From: Crocinitomicaceae bacterium
GTDB taxonomy: Bacteria; Bacteroidota; Bacteroidia; Flavobacteriales_D; Parvicellaceae
Direction of reading: 5' to 3'
Length of the DNA: 64,000 bases
Assembly (NCBI GenBank): GCA_002723085.1
Contig: PBNK01000026.1
Coordinates: 8,965-72,964 of the forward strand
Part shown: in pieces, positions 1 to 9,419 of the stretch
Numbering within the stretch: position 1 is the first letter of the stretch
Layout: every line of letters starts with the position of its first letter
The notes under the pieces: model-generated
Database searches by the model: none
What the model was told of the DNA's origin: nothing
Seen by the model: the letters and a program-made list of their open reading frames with translations, nothing else
Translations under genes and position numbers: made by a program

Positions 1-1480
1 TATGATGTCTGTGACGGAACGGCAAACTCTTTAGTTTCTGGAGGAGATTTGCCATATGCTTTTTCTTGGTCTAATGGAGAAACATCAAATAATGCTGTTG
101 CTTTATGTGTGGGGTCAAATTCTGTTCTTGTAACAGATGCTAATGGCTGTCAAATACAACAAACAGTTATAATTGATTCTGAACCTAACATCTCTAGTTC
201 CGCTTCCATTGTAGACGCAAGCTGTGGTGCCTGTGACGGGCAAGCGGTAGTTTCTGCTGTTGGAGGTTCTGGTTCTTTAAGTGTTATATGGTATGATGGT
301 ATTACAGGGCCTAACCATGCTAATCTTTGCGCTGGAGTTTACAGTTATGAAGTGGTGGATGCTAACGGATGTAGCACAATTGATTATTTAACAGTAAATA
401 ATGCCAATGGTCCTACCAATCAAACCATTTCTGTTGTTGATGCTTCTTGTTATGGAGCTTCTGATGGAAGTGCTTCTGTTATTCCAATCGGAGGAACCCC
501 TCCTTATTCTTATTATTGGCCACACAACGGACAAACCTCTAATGTCTTAGCTGGGGTTAGTGCTGGATTATACTTTTTAGAAATAATTGATGATGAAAAC
601 TGCTTAAGGGTTGTTCCTGTAGAGATTGGGGAGGCGGGTCCTATCTTAATTCAATCAGTTATTAATGATGCTAATTGCGGAATTAGTGATGGCGCTATTT
701 CAATTGCTTCTTTTGGTAGTTTTAGCCCATATACCATTAACTGGACTGGGCCTAATGGTTATACTGGCTTAGGAAACAATATAACAGGCTTATCTTCGGG
801 GCATTATAATGCAAACATTTCTAATGCTTTAGGCTGTGTTGAAGACTTCCCCTTTGAACTAAACTCAATTAATGGTTTATTTGTAGAGCTTACTATTACC
901 CCACCAACTTGTTCTGACCTTTGTAATGGGGAAGCATTTGCTACAGTATCTAACTCTAGCGGGGGTGCCATTGATTATCAATGGAGCAACGGAAATACAT
1001 CTGCTTCTGTTATTGGGTTGTGTTCTGATTCAATAATTAATGTTGTTGTTCAAGATTTATCTAACGGTTGTACAAGTTCTGCAACCATATCAATTATTGG
1101 CCCTGATCCAATTTTGTTAGGTTCTCCTTTAATAATTGACCCAACATGCTTTGGTTCATGTGATGGAGAGGCTGGCGTTGTGCCTTTTGGAGGGAGCAAC
1201 ATATTCTTAGTTAATTGGTCTTCTTTAGGATCTTCTAATATCTACCAAACAGGATTGTGTGATGGAATTTATGATGTTGTTGTTTCTGATCAAAACGGAT
1301 GTATAGCTCAACAGTCAATCACAATAACTGAACCAAATGAAATTTCAATTGTTACAGATTTAGTTGTTAATGCTTATTGTCCTAATCAGCCTGATGGTTC
1401 AATTAATATATCTGTTGTTGGTGGAGATGGTAATTACCAATACAATTGGTCTGATAGTAGCTCTGTTTTTACATCTAATA
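1..1480 (+). repeat. Divergent protein-level SprB-type repeat modules inside the adhesin gene
   Basis: A D.(S/N/T)C....DG.A motif recurs with conserved spacing: VCDGTA, DASCGACDGQA, DASCYGASDGSA, DANCGISDGAI, PPTCSDLCNGEA, DPTCFGSCDGEA, NAYCPNQPDGSI. Confidence 0.7.
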
Positions 1481-2352
1481 GTCAAGATATTACTGGCCTT
1501 CTGCCGGGTGAATATATTATATTTATAAATGATGGTAATCTTTGTACAGGAACAGATACCATTAATGTCTTTGCAGATAATATTATTTCTTCATTAGTGG
1601 CAAACGACACTTCAGTTTGTATTGACAATTGTTTAGATTTAATAGGGTTGGGTACAGGAAGTAATTCGCTAACTTTTTCTTGGTCTCTTTTAGACTCCAA
1701 TTCTGTTTTGTCCGCTACAGACAGTGTAAATTTTTGTTTTAATGATAGTGCTGGATTAGTCTCTTTTGTTTTTACAGTTTCTGATCAAAATTGCTCTGAT
1801 TCAGATACTATTTCTGTTACCGTTTTTGACGTACCTGTTGTTGACGCTGGAGATTCAATTCAAGAAATATATGGAACAAATGTTCTGCTCGGTGGTACCC
1901 CTTCGGGGCCTCTTGGTTCTAGTTATTCATGGTTCCCGTACATTAATTTCAATAATTTAGATGATACAACTTCTGAAAATCCAGAAATTGAATTACTAAT
2001 TAATCAAACATACACAATGTTTGTTACAGACAGTAATGGATGTTTCAATCAAGACAGTATATATGTTGAGTTAATTCCAGAAATTAATTATTCCTCTGGC
2101 TTTTCTCCAAATGACGATGGGATAAATGAAAGTTGGAAAATAAATCAAATAGAACAATTTCCTAATTGTATTGTAGAAATTTATAATCGTTGGGGCGCGA
2201 AATTGTTTACTTCTGACCCTGGGTATACAACTCCTTGGGATGGTAAATACAAAAACTCTCTTCTACCTGTTGGAACATATTATTATATTATTGAATTAAA
2301 CGATATTAAGTTTCCTGAGCCCATAACAGGACCAATAACCATTATAAGATAA
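1..2352 (+). CDS. Surface adhesin-like protein with SprB-type Cys-pair repeats and a T9SS type-B (gliding-motility-associated, CHU_C-like) C-terminal sorting domain; 5' end lies outside the window
   Basis: Frame 1 is open from base 1 (YDVCDGTANS... precedes the TTG at 49), so the gene is cut by the window edge. There are at least 7 D(A/P)xCxxxxDGxA modules about 70-80 aa apart. The C-terminus FSPNDDGINESW...YNRWG...VGTYYY is typical of type-B T9SS CTDs. Confidence 0.85.
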   Translation, partial: YDVCDGTANSLVSGGDLPYAFSWSNGETSNNAVALCVGSNSVLVTDANGCQIQQTVIIDSEPNISSSASIVDASCGACDGQAVVSAVGGSGSLSVIWYDGITGPNHANLCAGVYSYEVVDANGCSTIDYLTVNNANGPTNQTISVVDASCYGASDGSASVIPIGGTPPYSYYWPHNGQTSNVLAGVSAGLYFLEIIDDENCLRVVPVEIGEAGPILIQSVINDANCGISDGAISIASFGSFSPYTINWTGPNGYTGLGNNITGLSSGHYNANISNALGCVEDFPFELNSINGLFVELTITPPTCSDLCNGEAFATVSNSSGGAIDYQWSNGNTSASVIGLCSDSIINVVVQDLSNGCTSSATISIIGPDPILLGSPLIIDPTCFGSCDGEAGVVPFGGSNIFLVNWSSLGSSNIYQTGLCDGIYDVVVSDQNGCIAQQSITITEPNEISIVTDLVVNAYCPNQPDGSINISVVGGDGNYQYNWSDSSSVFTSNSQDITGLLPGEYIIFINDGNLCTGTDTINVFADNIISSLVANDTSVCIDNCLDLIGLGTGSNSLTFSWSLLDSNSVLSATDSVNFCFNDSAGLVSFVFTVSDQNCSDSDTISVTVFDVPVVDAGDSIQEIYGTNVLLGGTPSGPLGSSYSWFPYINFNNLDDTTSENPEIELLINQTYTMFVTDSNGCFNQDSIYVELIPEINYSSGFSPNDDGINESWKINQIEQFPNCIVEIYNRWGAKLFTSDPGYTTPWDGKYKNSLLPVGTYYYIIELNDIKFPEPITGPITIIR

Positions 2353-2353
2353 C

Positions 2354-3274
2354 ATGATAAAAAACTTTATACATATCATCTCGTGGTTCTTTTTTATTCT
2401 TTTTTGCTGCAATAATACAAAGGCTCAGCAACTTCCTATCTATGGTCAATTTTATTTAAATCAATACATAAATAATCCTGCTTTTGCTGGAAAAGAAAAC
2501 CACTTTAATGTTACTTCTAATCATCGTTACCAATGGGTTGGAATTACTGATGCTCCAAGAACATATACTTTAAGCGTTAATGGGCCTACAAAAGATCTTA
2601 AGGGGGGCTTAGGGGGGTTTTTATATACTGATCATGTTGGCCCGACAAGAAGAACCGGAGCTCAACTCTCATATACACATCATCTAAAAATAAATGAAAA
2701 AATTAAGCTTGCTCTTTCATTAAGCGCTGGATTAATAGAATGGAATATTGATGGGGGTAAAATAAGTTTAGATGATATGGGAGATCCCGCCATGTCGAAT
2801 ATGCTTATGAAAACACTAGTTCCTGATGCAAAATTTGGGTTTCTTTTATATGGCAATAATTGGCACTTTGGTGCTGCAGCACCAAACTTGTTACAAAATC
2901 AACTAAAACTTTCAAACATTACTGGATCTTCTTCTGCGTTGAATAAGCTAGAGGATCATTATTTAATCCACGCTGGATATAATTATGTTTTAAACAGTGA
3001 TTTTACAATTGACCCTTACTTAATAGTTAGATATGTTTCGCCAGCGCCTATTCAAGTAGAGTTGATTTCAAGAGTGGTTTGGAAAAACATGGTTTGGGCT
3101 GGAGTTGGGTATAGAACTAATGATGCTGCTTCTATAATGTTGGGCTATACTTTTAAAGAAAATCTTTCTATTGGATATTCATATGATTTTACCACATCAA
3201 ACCTAAATAACTATAGTTCTGGTTCACATGGTTTTATTTTTAGAATCCTTTTTAATCAAGACTCTGAAGAATAG
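2354..3274 (+). CDS. PorP/SprF family type IX secretion system outer-membrane protein
   Basis: It has an N-terminal signal peptide followed by QQLPIYGQFYLNQYINNPAFAG, the typical PorP/SprF N-terminal motif. The rest is beta-barrel-like with alternating hydrophobicity. It starts 1 nt after the stop of the type-B CTD cargo gene. Confidence 0.85.
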   Translation: MIKNFIHIISWFFFILFCCNNTKAQQLPIYGQFYLNQYINNPAFAGKENHFNVTSNHRYQWVGITDAPRTYTLSVNGPTKDLKGGLGGFLYTDHVGPTRRTGAQLSYTHHLKINEKIKLALSLSAGLIEWNIDGGKISLDDMGDPAMSNMLMKTLVPDAKFGFLLYGNNWHFGAAAPNLLQNQLKLSNITGSSSALNKLEDHYLIHAGYNYVLNSDFTIDPYLIVRYVSPAPIQVELISRVVWKNMVWAGVGYRTNDAASIMLGYTFKENLSIGYSYDFTTSNLNNYSSGSHGFIFRILFNQDSEE

Positions 3275-4830
3275 TCCTTATTTTTTATCCCAAAAAGGAG
3301 AAAGGTGTTTATTCCCGCAAAAATTGTTACACCAGCCTGTCTTTCTAACATGTCATCTGCTAAAAAGCTTATTATTATTATTGTTAAAAATGGCGCGTAA
3401 AGTAAATTAATGGTGTTTTTTGTTTTTATTATAGGGTAAATAAGAGTTATTAACCAGAAAATAAAACCAAATAAACCTAGGTTGATGAAATCCGTAATAA
3501 ACTGATTATGAGCCCTTAATTGGTTTTTTGATGATAGTCCCTTTTTTTCACTAGTATAATATTTTTTATATGCTTGTTTTGTTCCCCCTGTTCCTTTGCC
3601 GAAAAAAAAGTTTTCTTTTATTAGTTGTTTTGCTATTTGTAAAAAAGTAATTCTTTGAGTTACAGAATGGTTATTTGAGGTTTTAAGATTTTTATAATTA
3701 TTTAATTCAAACAAAACTGACCTAAGTCTCTTTTCAAAAAGATTATAATTAACACTTGTTGTTATTCCTTCTTCTATTTTTTTTATATCTGCATTTGACA
3801 AGGCTAATACCCCTTCTCTATCCTTTTTAAGGCCTTTAGAGGTTAAATATCTATATAGAGTATATTTTAAGGCTTGATTCTTCTCGTCTTTACCTGAAAA
3901 GGTTTTTTTGCTTCTTTCATTCCAGGTTTTTTCGGCTTCTTTTGGGGCAACATTAATCCACAAAAGGTATCCGTTTTCCGTTTCTAGACTAGATTTATCA
4001 TGAATATATTTTTCGCCTAAAGGTGTTAAAGTTGATAGGTTTAATAGTTCGTTTTTGTCTTTAATCTTTTTGTGGTCTATGAATATTGTTGTGCTGTAAA
4101 TTGTTAATGATATGATGGGTATGATTAGAATTAAAATTGAAAGGGTATTTTTCATAAAACCCTCTTTATATGTTTTAATTGAAACATATAAACAAACGGC
4201 TAAGAGTAGGCAGATAATTCCAGTGATGGATTGTAAAATATATAAAATAAACATAAACCATAAAAACAAGAATATAGAATGTATCTTATATTTGGTTTTG
4301 TGTACAAGAAATAAAAGAACAACCATACCAAATGATACTAGAGAGGAATACCTTATATGTGACATAAATAGAGAGATGTCTCTAAATGTACCGGTAGTTT
4401 TTTTTGGAGTAATAAATCCTAAATCTGCACAAAAAACAATAATTGAACTTATCAATAAGCCTAATATAAAAGAATAGGTTACTTTTTTTAATTCCAAATT
4501 AGACAGAGAAGGGGTTGTTCCTATAATTATTGGTAAAAAAAGCAAAGGAAGTTTTATTCTTAAATCATCAATACCGTCTGAAAAGACTTGTGTTTGAAAC
4601 AACCACAAAACTTGAATTATAAAGGCTCCTGACAATATTGTTGGGGCGTATTTAAGTTCTTTATTTTTTTTTAACTTTTGTTTAAAACCGCCCTCAAAAA
4701 GCCAGTTTAAAGTAAGGGATATAATGGCTATGCTCATTATAAACTTTCCTAGTGAAACGCCAAAGGCTAACAATAAAAGAAAATAAATATATAATTTTCT
4801 ATGTGTGTTTTCTAAAAGAAGCGGCTTCAT
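3256..4830 (-). CDS. O-antigen ligase (Wzy_C)-like polytopic membrane protein
   Basis: The product has many predicted TM helices. A C-terminal LRAHNQFITDFINLGLFGF motif resembles the AHN..L.....G..G signature of O-antigen ligase-like proteins. There is a large hydrophilic loop in the middle. Confidence 0.55.
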   Translation of the reverse strand: MKPLLLENTHRKLYIYFLLLLAFGVSLGKFIMSIAIISLTLNWLFEGGFKQKLKKNKELKYAPTILSGAFIIQVLWLFQTQVFSDGIDDLRIKLPLLFLPIIIGTTPSLSNLELKKVTYSFILGLLISSIIVFCADLGFITPKKTTGTFRDISLFMSHIRYSSLVSFGMVVLLFLVHKTKYKIHSIFLFLWFMFILYILQSITGIICLLLAVCLYVSIKTYKEGFMKNTLSILILIIPIISLTIYSTTIFIDHKKIKDKNELLNLSTLTPLGEKYIHDKSSLETENGYLLWINVAPKEAEKTWNERSKKTFSGKDEKNQALKYTLYRYLTSKGLKKDREGVLALSNADIKKIEEGITTSVNYNLFEKRLRSVLFELNNYKNLKTSNNHSVTQRITFLQIAKQLIKENFFFGKGTGGTKQAYKKYYTSEKKGLSSKNQLRAHNQFITDFINLGLFGFIFWLITLIYPIIKTKNTINLLYAPFLTIIIISFLADDMLERQAGVTIFAGINTFLLFGIKNKDYSSES

Positions 4831-4831
4831 T

Positions 4832-6469
4832 TTATAATCCTAAAATACTATAATATAAAGAATCATTATTAAAAATTTCAAAACACTCTAATATGTACGG
4901 GTCTTTATTTAAGGAGGCTTCAATTCTTCCCTTTTGAAAATAAACTCTTGAAACTATTTCATTTTCAATAAAATAAGTTATTTCGTCTTGAAATTTATCT
5001 AAATCTTTCTCAACGTTAACAGAAAACACACTATCAAGCTTATTGAAAAGCTTTTTGTTTTCTTTAAAATACTTTTCTTTCTCAGCTACTTTTTTTAACT
5101 CTTTTAGATGAAAATTTGTTTCCGTTTGGTAGGTAATATTTTTAAGCGAAACGAAAGATTTAAATTTATCATATTCCTCCTGTTTTATTTTAAAGTGTTC
5201 TGGTGGAGCGATACTATCTACATTAGAATATTCATTTGTTACATAATCAAAAATTATATCGTTATATAACAACTCTTCTGTTATTACACTATAATATTCC
5301 ATCGATATGGTTTTGTCTGGCTCAACTCCTCTTGCATCATAAACCTTTCTTCCTGATCTAGTAAAAAAAGTATTAACAAGGCTGTCTGCTATTCTTTCTG
5401 ATTTTCCTTGGTTTGTTTTGTTTGAGTAGTCTATTTTTTGAATGCACCTTCCGCTTGGGGTATAGTATTTAGCTACTGTTAATTTAATTTGGGCGCCAAA
5501 ACTTAGTTTTTTTGTTTGTTGAACCAATCCTTTTCCATAGCTAGGAAAACCAACTACTATTGCTTTATCAAGGTCTTGCAAGCTTCCAGCTACTATTTCA
5601 CTTGCTGATGCAGAATTTTCATCAATTAAAACAATTAGTTTAAGTGTTGTATCAATAGGGTTTAGAGTTGTAAAATAATTTCTATTCATTTCGGGAATTC
5701 TACTTTTCGTAGTAACTACAAGTTGTCCTTTTGGGATGAAAAAGTTTACAATTTTTACTGCCTCATTAAGCAACCCACCACCATTTGATCTTAAATCTAA
5801 TACTAAATTTGAAATGTTTTTTTCTTTTAATTCTAATAACGCTGTTTGTGTTTCTTGAGCCGCTGTTTGTGTGAAAGAAGTAAGTTTTATATAGCCCGTT
5901 TTTGAATTAATTTTTTTATGCAGCGGTACAGATGGAAGCTTAATTTCTTCTCTTTTAATAATAATATTTTTTATTTTTTCTTTTCTATTAATTTTTAATT
6001 CTAGTGTTGATTCAGCTGGACCTTTTAAAAAATCTCCTATTTCTTGGATTGTTTTTTCTTTTATTGGTTTGTTGTTAATTTCAATTAGTTTATCTCCTAT
6101 TTTTAGGCCCGATTTATGTGCTGGTGAATTTTCATACATCTCTGTGATGATAATGTTGCCCTTAGACCTCTTTATGCTTGCGCCTATTCCCCCATATTGA
6201 CCAGTTGTGGTAAATCGAAAATCTTCTATTTCTGACTCTGAAATGTATACTGTAAATGGGTCTAGTGATTGAAGCATTGCATCAATTCCTTTTTTCATTA
6301 ATTGTCCTGGTATTATTTCTTCTACATAAAAATTATTAATTTTTTCATATACACTTCCCATTATTCTTAGGTTTTTACTTATTTCAAAATAATCTTTTTC
6401 TCTATTACTATTTGATATTAAAATAAGCATTAATAGCGCTGTTGTTGTTAAAAAAAATAATCTTTTCAT
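4832..6469 (-). CDS. S41 family C-terminal processing peptidase (tail-specific protease) with PDZ domain
   Basis: It has a signal peptide and a PDZ-like segment (SPAHKSGLKIGDKLIEINNKPI). The S41 core is present (LDLRSNGGGLL, ENSASASEIVAGSLQD, GKGLVQ). Confidence 0.85.
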   Translation of the reverse strand: MKRLFFLTTTALLMLILISNSNREKDYFEISKNLRIMGSVYEKINNFYVEEIIPGQLMKKGIDAMLQSLDPFTVYISESEIEDFRFTTTGQYGGIGASIKRSKGNIIITEMYENSPAHKSGLKIGDKLIEINNKPIKEKTIQEIGDFLKGPAESTLELKINRKEKIKNIIIKREEIKLPSVPLHKKINSKTGYIKLTSFTQTAAQETQTALLELKEKNISNLVLDLRSNGGGLLNEAVKIVNFFIPKGQLVVTTKSRIPEMNRNYFTTLNPIDTTLKLIVLIDENSASASEIVAGSLQDLDKAIVVGFPSYGKGLVQQTKKLSFGAQIKLTVAKYYTPSGRCIQKIDYSNKTNQGKSERIADSLVNTFFTRSGRKVYDARGVEPDKTISMEYYSVITEELLYNDIIFDYVTNEYSNVDSIAPPEHFKIKQEEYDKFKSFVSLKNITYQTETNFHLKELKKVAEKEKYFKENKKLFNKLDSVFSVNVEKDLDKFQDEITYFIENEIVSRVYFQKGRIEASLNKDPYILECFEIFNNDSLYYSILGL

Positions 6470-6804
6470 TGGTGTATTTTGAGACAGACTTGTTTCATTA
6501 TTTCTAAAAGCTCTTTCTTGGTTATTAATTTTGAAGAAAGATAAACAAAACCTATATGGAATTTTTTGTTTTGTTTATTATAGTGATTATTATAAAATAT
6601 TTCCTTTAGGAGTCTTTTTACCCTATTTCTATCAACGGCTTTTGATAATTTTTTTTTTGAAACTGTAAATAAAATTTTTGTTTCTTCAGAAGGGATATAG
6701 TGTGCTCTAATGGGAAATTTTTGCGTGACTTTTCCCTTAATAAACAAATTATCAATTGATTTTTTATCTGTTAGGGTTTCTTTTTTCCTTAGGCTCTTAG
6801 CCAT
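6466..6804 (-). CDS. rnpA: Ribonuclease P protein component
   Basis: The 112-aa basic protein carries the motif KKLSKAVDRNRVKRLLKEIF, typical of RnpA. It overlaps the downstream gene by 4 nt. Confidence 0.85.
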   Translation of the reverse strand: MAKSLRKKETLTDKKSIDNLFIKGKVTQKFPIRAHYIPSEETKILFTVSKKKLSKAVDRNRVKRLLKEIFYNNHYNKQNKKFHIGFVYLSSKLITKKELLEIMKQVCLKIHQ

Positions 6805-6824
6805 TAATCTTTATTGTGTTTAAA

Positions 6825-6832
6825 CAAATTTA
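6825..6832 (-). promoter_or_regulatory. Bacteroidota -7 promoter box TAAATTTG (TAnnTTTG) upstream of rnpA
   Basis: It matches the consensus exactly, 21 nt from the rnpA ATG. No convincing -33 TTTG was seen. Confidence 0.35.
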
Positions 6833-6859
6833 GAATAATGTTTTAAAGTAAGGTTTGTT

Positions 6860-7603
6860 TTACTTCTTTCCTACTTTAATAAAGTTCTCAATAGCCATAG
6901 TCATTGATGGTAGACCAGGCATTGGGGCTTGAATATCTATTCTTAATCCAGCTTGTTGTGCAGCTTTTGCTGTTGTGGGTCCAAAAGCCGCTATTTTTGT
7001 TCCGTTTTGTTTGAATTTAGGAAAATTTTTAATTAGAGATTGTATTCCTGAAGGGCTGTAAAAAACCAACATATCGTATTTTACTTCCTCTAAATCAGAA
7101 AGGTCGCTACAAACTGTTTTATAAAGAATTGCATTTTGATATTCAACATTATTTTTTTCTAGTTGTTCAGGTATGTTCTTTCTTTGAATATCAGAACAAG
7201 GAACAATAAATTTTTCCGTTTTGTGTTTTACAACAAGCTGCATCAAGTCTTGAAATGTTTGTTTTCCGAAAAAGATTTTTCTTTTTCGATATACAACATA
7301 ATTCTGTAGGTAATAAGCAACAGCCTCAGAAACACAAAAATATTTCATATCATCAGGAACAACAAACCTTGTTTCCTTTGCAATTCTAAAATAATGGTCA
7401 ATAGCCATTCTTGAAGTAAAAATGACTGCTGTATAATTAGCTAAATTTACTCTTTGTTGTCTAAAATCTTGGGGGTCCACTCCTTCTACATGAATAAAAG
7501 ACCTATAGTCAACTTGTAAATTAAATCTATCTGCTAAATCACTAAAAGGATTTTTATCTGTTTTGGGTTCTGGTTGAGAAACAAGAATTGATTTTATGCT
7601 CAC
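6860..7603 (-). CDS. hemD: Uroporphyrinogen-III synthase (HemD family)
   Basis: The 247-aa product starts ILVSQPEP...NPF..L and has the two-lobed HemD-like pattern seen in Bacteroidota HemD homologues. It uses a GTG start. Confidence 0.7.
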   Translation of the reverse strand: MSIKSILVSQPEPKTDKNPFSDLADRFNLQVDYRSFIHVEGVDPQDFRQQRVNLANYTAVIFTSRMAIDHYFRIAKETRFVVPDDMKYFCVSEAVAYYLQNYVVYRKRKIFFGKQTFQDLMQLVVKHKTEKFIVPCSDIQRKNIPEQLEKNNVEYQNAILYKTVCSDLSDLEEVKYDMLVFYSPSGIQSLIKNFPKFKQNGTKIAAFGPTTAKAAQQAGLRIDIQAPMPGLPSMTMAIENFIKVGKK

Positions 7604-7651
7604 AATCTATACTTTTTTCTTTGTTTAAACACTTCTCTTACCCCGGATAAA

Positions 7652-8272
7652 TTATAAGACATAACCCATAATACACACCAAAGGTAGGATTTCAAGGGTG
7701 CAAAGGTATGAAAATAAATGGAAATATGAAACATTTGAAGCCCTGCCAGAAAAAAAATAGTATGTAGTTCTACAAAGCAATAGAGAAAGAAAGAGTAAAA
7801 TAACCATTTTATTTATTGTAATAGCTTCTTTTTCATAAATTATATTTATTAAAGAAACTGGTAAAAGAAACAGCCCTTGTATAATCACTGTAATGTTGTG
7901 AGAGTTTTGATAACTATTAAATAATGTTCGCTCTTCAAACAGCCGACCAGAAAAAATAATAATAATTTTTTTTGAATAAAATAAACAAGGGGCTAAAACA
8001 CAAAGCGTTGTTTTAGCTATAAATAATTCTGAAGGAAATGAATAAATATAAATGCAATGAATAAAAACTGACAACAAATAAAAGTGTAAAATGTTTTGGT
8101 CTGCTTTAGTATTTTCGAAGTGTTTGAACCTTGTTTTGCTAGTGTGGGATAGCATTATTGTTTTTATTGATTGCGGGGCGGTTCTGCTTATTTTAGCTAA
8201 AACAAAAATGGAAAAAATAAGAGGAATAAATAACCAAAAATTCTCTTGTATCGTTCTTTCAAATAATATCAC
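7652..8272 (-). CDS. Polytopic membrane protein, DUF4271-like
   Basis: The 206-aa product has 5-6 hydrophobic helices. From memory, its position next to the hemD-like gene is conserved in Bacteroidota. It uses a GTG start. Confidence 0.45.
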   Translation of the reverse strand: MILFERTIQENFWLFIPLIFSIFVLAKISRTAPQSIKTIMLSHTSKTRFKHFENTKADQNILHFYLLSVFIHCIYIYSFPSELFIAKTTLCVLAPCLFYSKKIIIIFSGRLFEERTLFNSYQNSHNITVIIQGLFLLPVSLINIIYEKEAITINKMVILLFLSLLLCRTTYYFFSGRASNVSYFHLFSYLCTLEILPLVCIMGYVL

Positions 8273-8340
8273 AATTATTATAATGTTTCAATTAAACCGC
8301 TTGCTTTTTTGTAAATGTACTGAAATGATGGTTCTTTTTT

Positions 8341-8348
8341 TATTTTTG
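8341..8348 (+). promoter_or_regulatory. -7 box TATTTTTG upstream of trhO
   Basis: It matches the consensus exactly, 19 nt from the ATG at 8367. Confidence 0.35.
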
Positions 8349-8366
8349 CAATCTTAATCAAGCATT

Positions 8367-9410
8367 ATGAGCGTTAATTTTCCATATAATAAGCTTAATC
8401 GTTTAGCTGCTGAAGAAAAAATAAAAGAGGAAAAATTTAATCGTTTAACTCTTTCTTTTTATCGGTATGTAAACATTGATGAGCCAAAAAAAGTTAGGGA
8501 TGATTTGTTTTTTGCTTGGGAAAAATGGGGGGTGTTGGGTAGAATTTATATTGCAAATGAAGGAATTAATGCCCAGCTGTGTATTCCTGAACATTTTTTT
8601 AAAAAATTTGAAGACCATTTAAATAATTATGCTGTTTTTAAAAAAATTCCTTTTAAGGTCGCTATAGAAGAGACTAAAATTGCTTTTTACAAACTTACTA
8701 TTAAAGTAAAAAAACAGATTGTTGCAGACGGTTTGAAGTATAATGAATATGATGTGACAAATGTTGGTCGACATTTAAATGCTGAAGAATGGAATAAATC
8801 AATTGATGGAGGAGCTATAGTTGTTGATATGAGAAATCATTATGAAAGTGAGATTGGGCATTTTGAAAACGCTATATGCCCGGAAGCTGAAACTTTTAGA
8901 GAAGAATTACCAATGGTGAAAGAGCTGTTAAAAGGTAAAGAAGATGAGAAAGTTTTGCTTTATTGTACTGGTGGTATTCGTTGTGAAAAAGCCTCTTCTT
9001 ATTTAAAACATTTCGGATTTAATGATGTGAACCAGCTTCATGGGGGGATAATTAATTATAAGCATCAAATACAAAACGACAAGTCGCTTGATAATAAGTT
9101 TTTAGGAAAAAACTTTGTGTTTGATGATCGTTTATCTGAAAGAATTTCAGATGATATAATTAGCAATTGCCATCAATGTGGTGAACCTTGTGATGTTCAT
9201 GTTAATTGTAAAAACGTACATTGTAATTTACTTTTTATTCAATGTAAAAGTTGCCAAAAAAAACACTCGGGTTGTTGTTCTCCTTCTTGTATTGATGTTA
9301 TTTCTCTTAGTGAAAAAGAACAAAAAAAATTACGATCTGGGGCTGAAAAAAAGAAAATGTATCACAGTCATAAAAAAGTAGATTTACGATCTGCATTTAA
9401 GAATAAATAA
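8367..9410 (+). CDS. trhO: Rhodanese-domain tRNA uridine(34) hydroxylase (UPF0176/YceA family) with Cys-rich C-terminal extension
   Basis: The N-terminal SFYRY...GRIYIANEGINAQL and the rhodanese active-site loop LYCTGGIRCEKAS are present. The tail is Cys-rich (CHQCGEPCDVHVNCKNVHCN...). Confidence 0.85.
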   Translation: MSVNFPYNKLNRLAAEEKIKEEKFNRLTLSFYRYVNIDEPKKVRDDLFFAWEKWGVLGRIYIANEGINAQLCIPEHFFKKFEDHLNNYAVFKKIPFKVAIEETKIAFYKLTIKVKKQIVADGLKYNEYDVTNVGRHLNAEEWNKSIDGGAIVVDMRNHYESEIGHFENAICPEAETFREELPMVKELLKGKEDEKVLLYCTGGIRCEKASSYLKHFGFNDVNQLHGGIINYKHQIQNDKSLDNKFLGKNFVFDDRLSERISDDIISNCHQCGEPCDVHVNCKNVHCNLLFIQCKSCQKKHSGCCSPSCIDVISLSEKEQKKLRSGAEKKKMYHSHKKVDLRSAFKNK

Positions 9411-9419
9411 AGAGAAGTT

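Noticed and set aside
2861-2875. A sigma-54-like promoter match TGGCACTTTGGTGCT. I noticed it because rpoN is in the window.
   Set aside because: It lies inside the PorP/SprF coding region. The GG-to-GC spacing is 9 rather than 10 nt, and the -12 element is TGCT rather than TTGC. No other TGGCAC-N5-TTGC match was seen in intergenic DNA.
1482-4477. Short internal or antisense ORFs from the track (1482-1700, 1766-1960, 3228-3410, 4112-4477). There are analogous ones elsewhere, e.g. 8091-8357, 9178-9381, 9466-9714, 10796-11020, 11215-11430, 26068-26313, 33248-33511, 33844-34092, 34316-34558, 43197-43412, 49074-49304, 55018-55302, 58195-58416 and 61940-62272.
   Set aside because: Each is nested within or antisense to a longer ORF with clear family signatures. 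None shows motifs, signal peptides or promoter boxes of its own.
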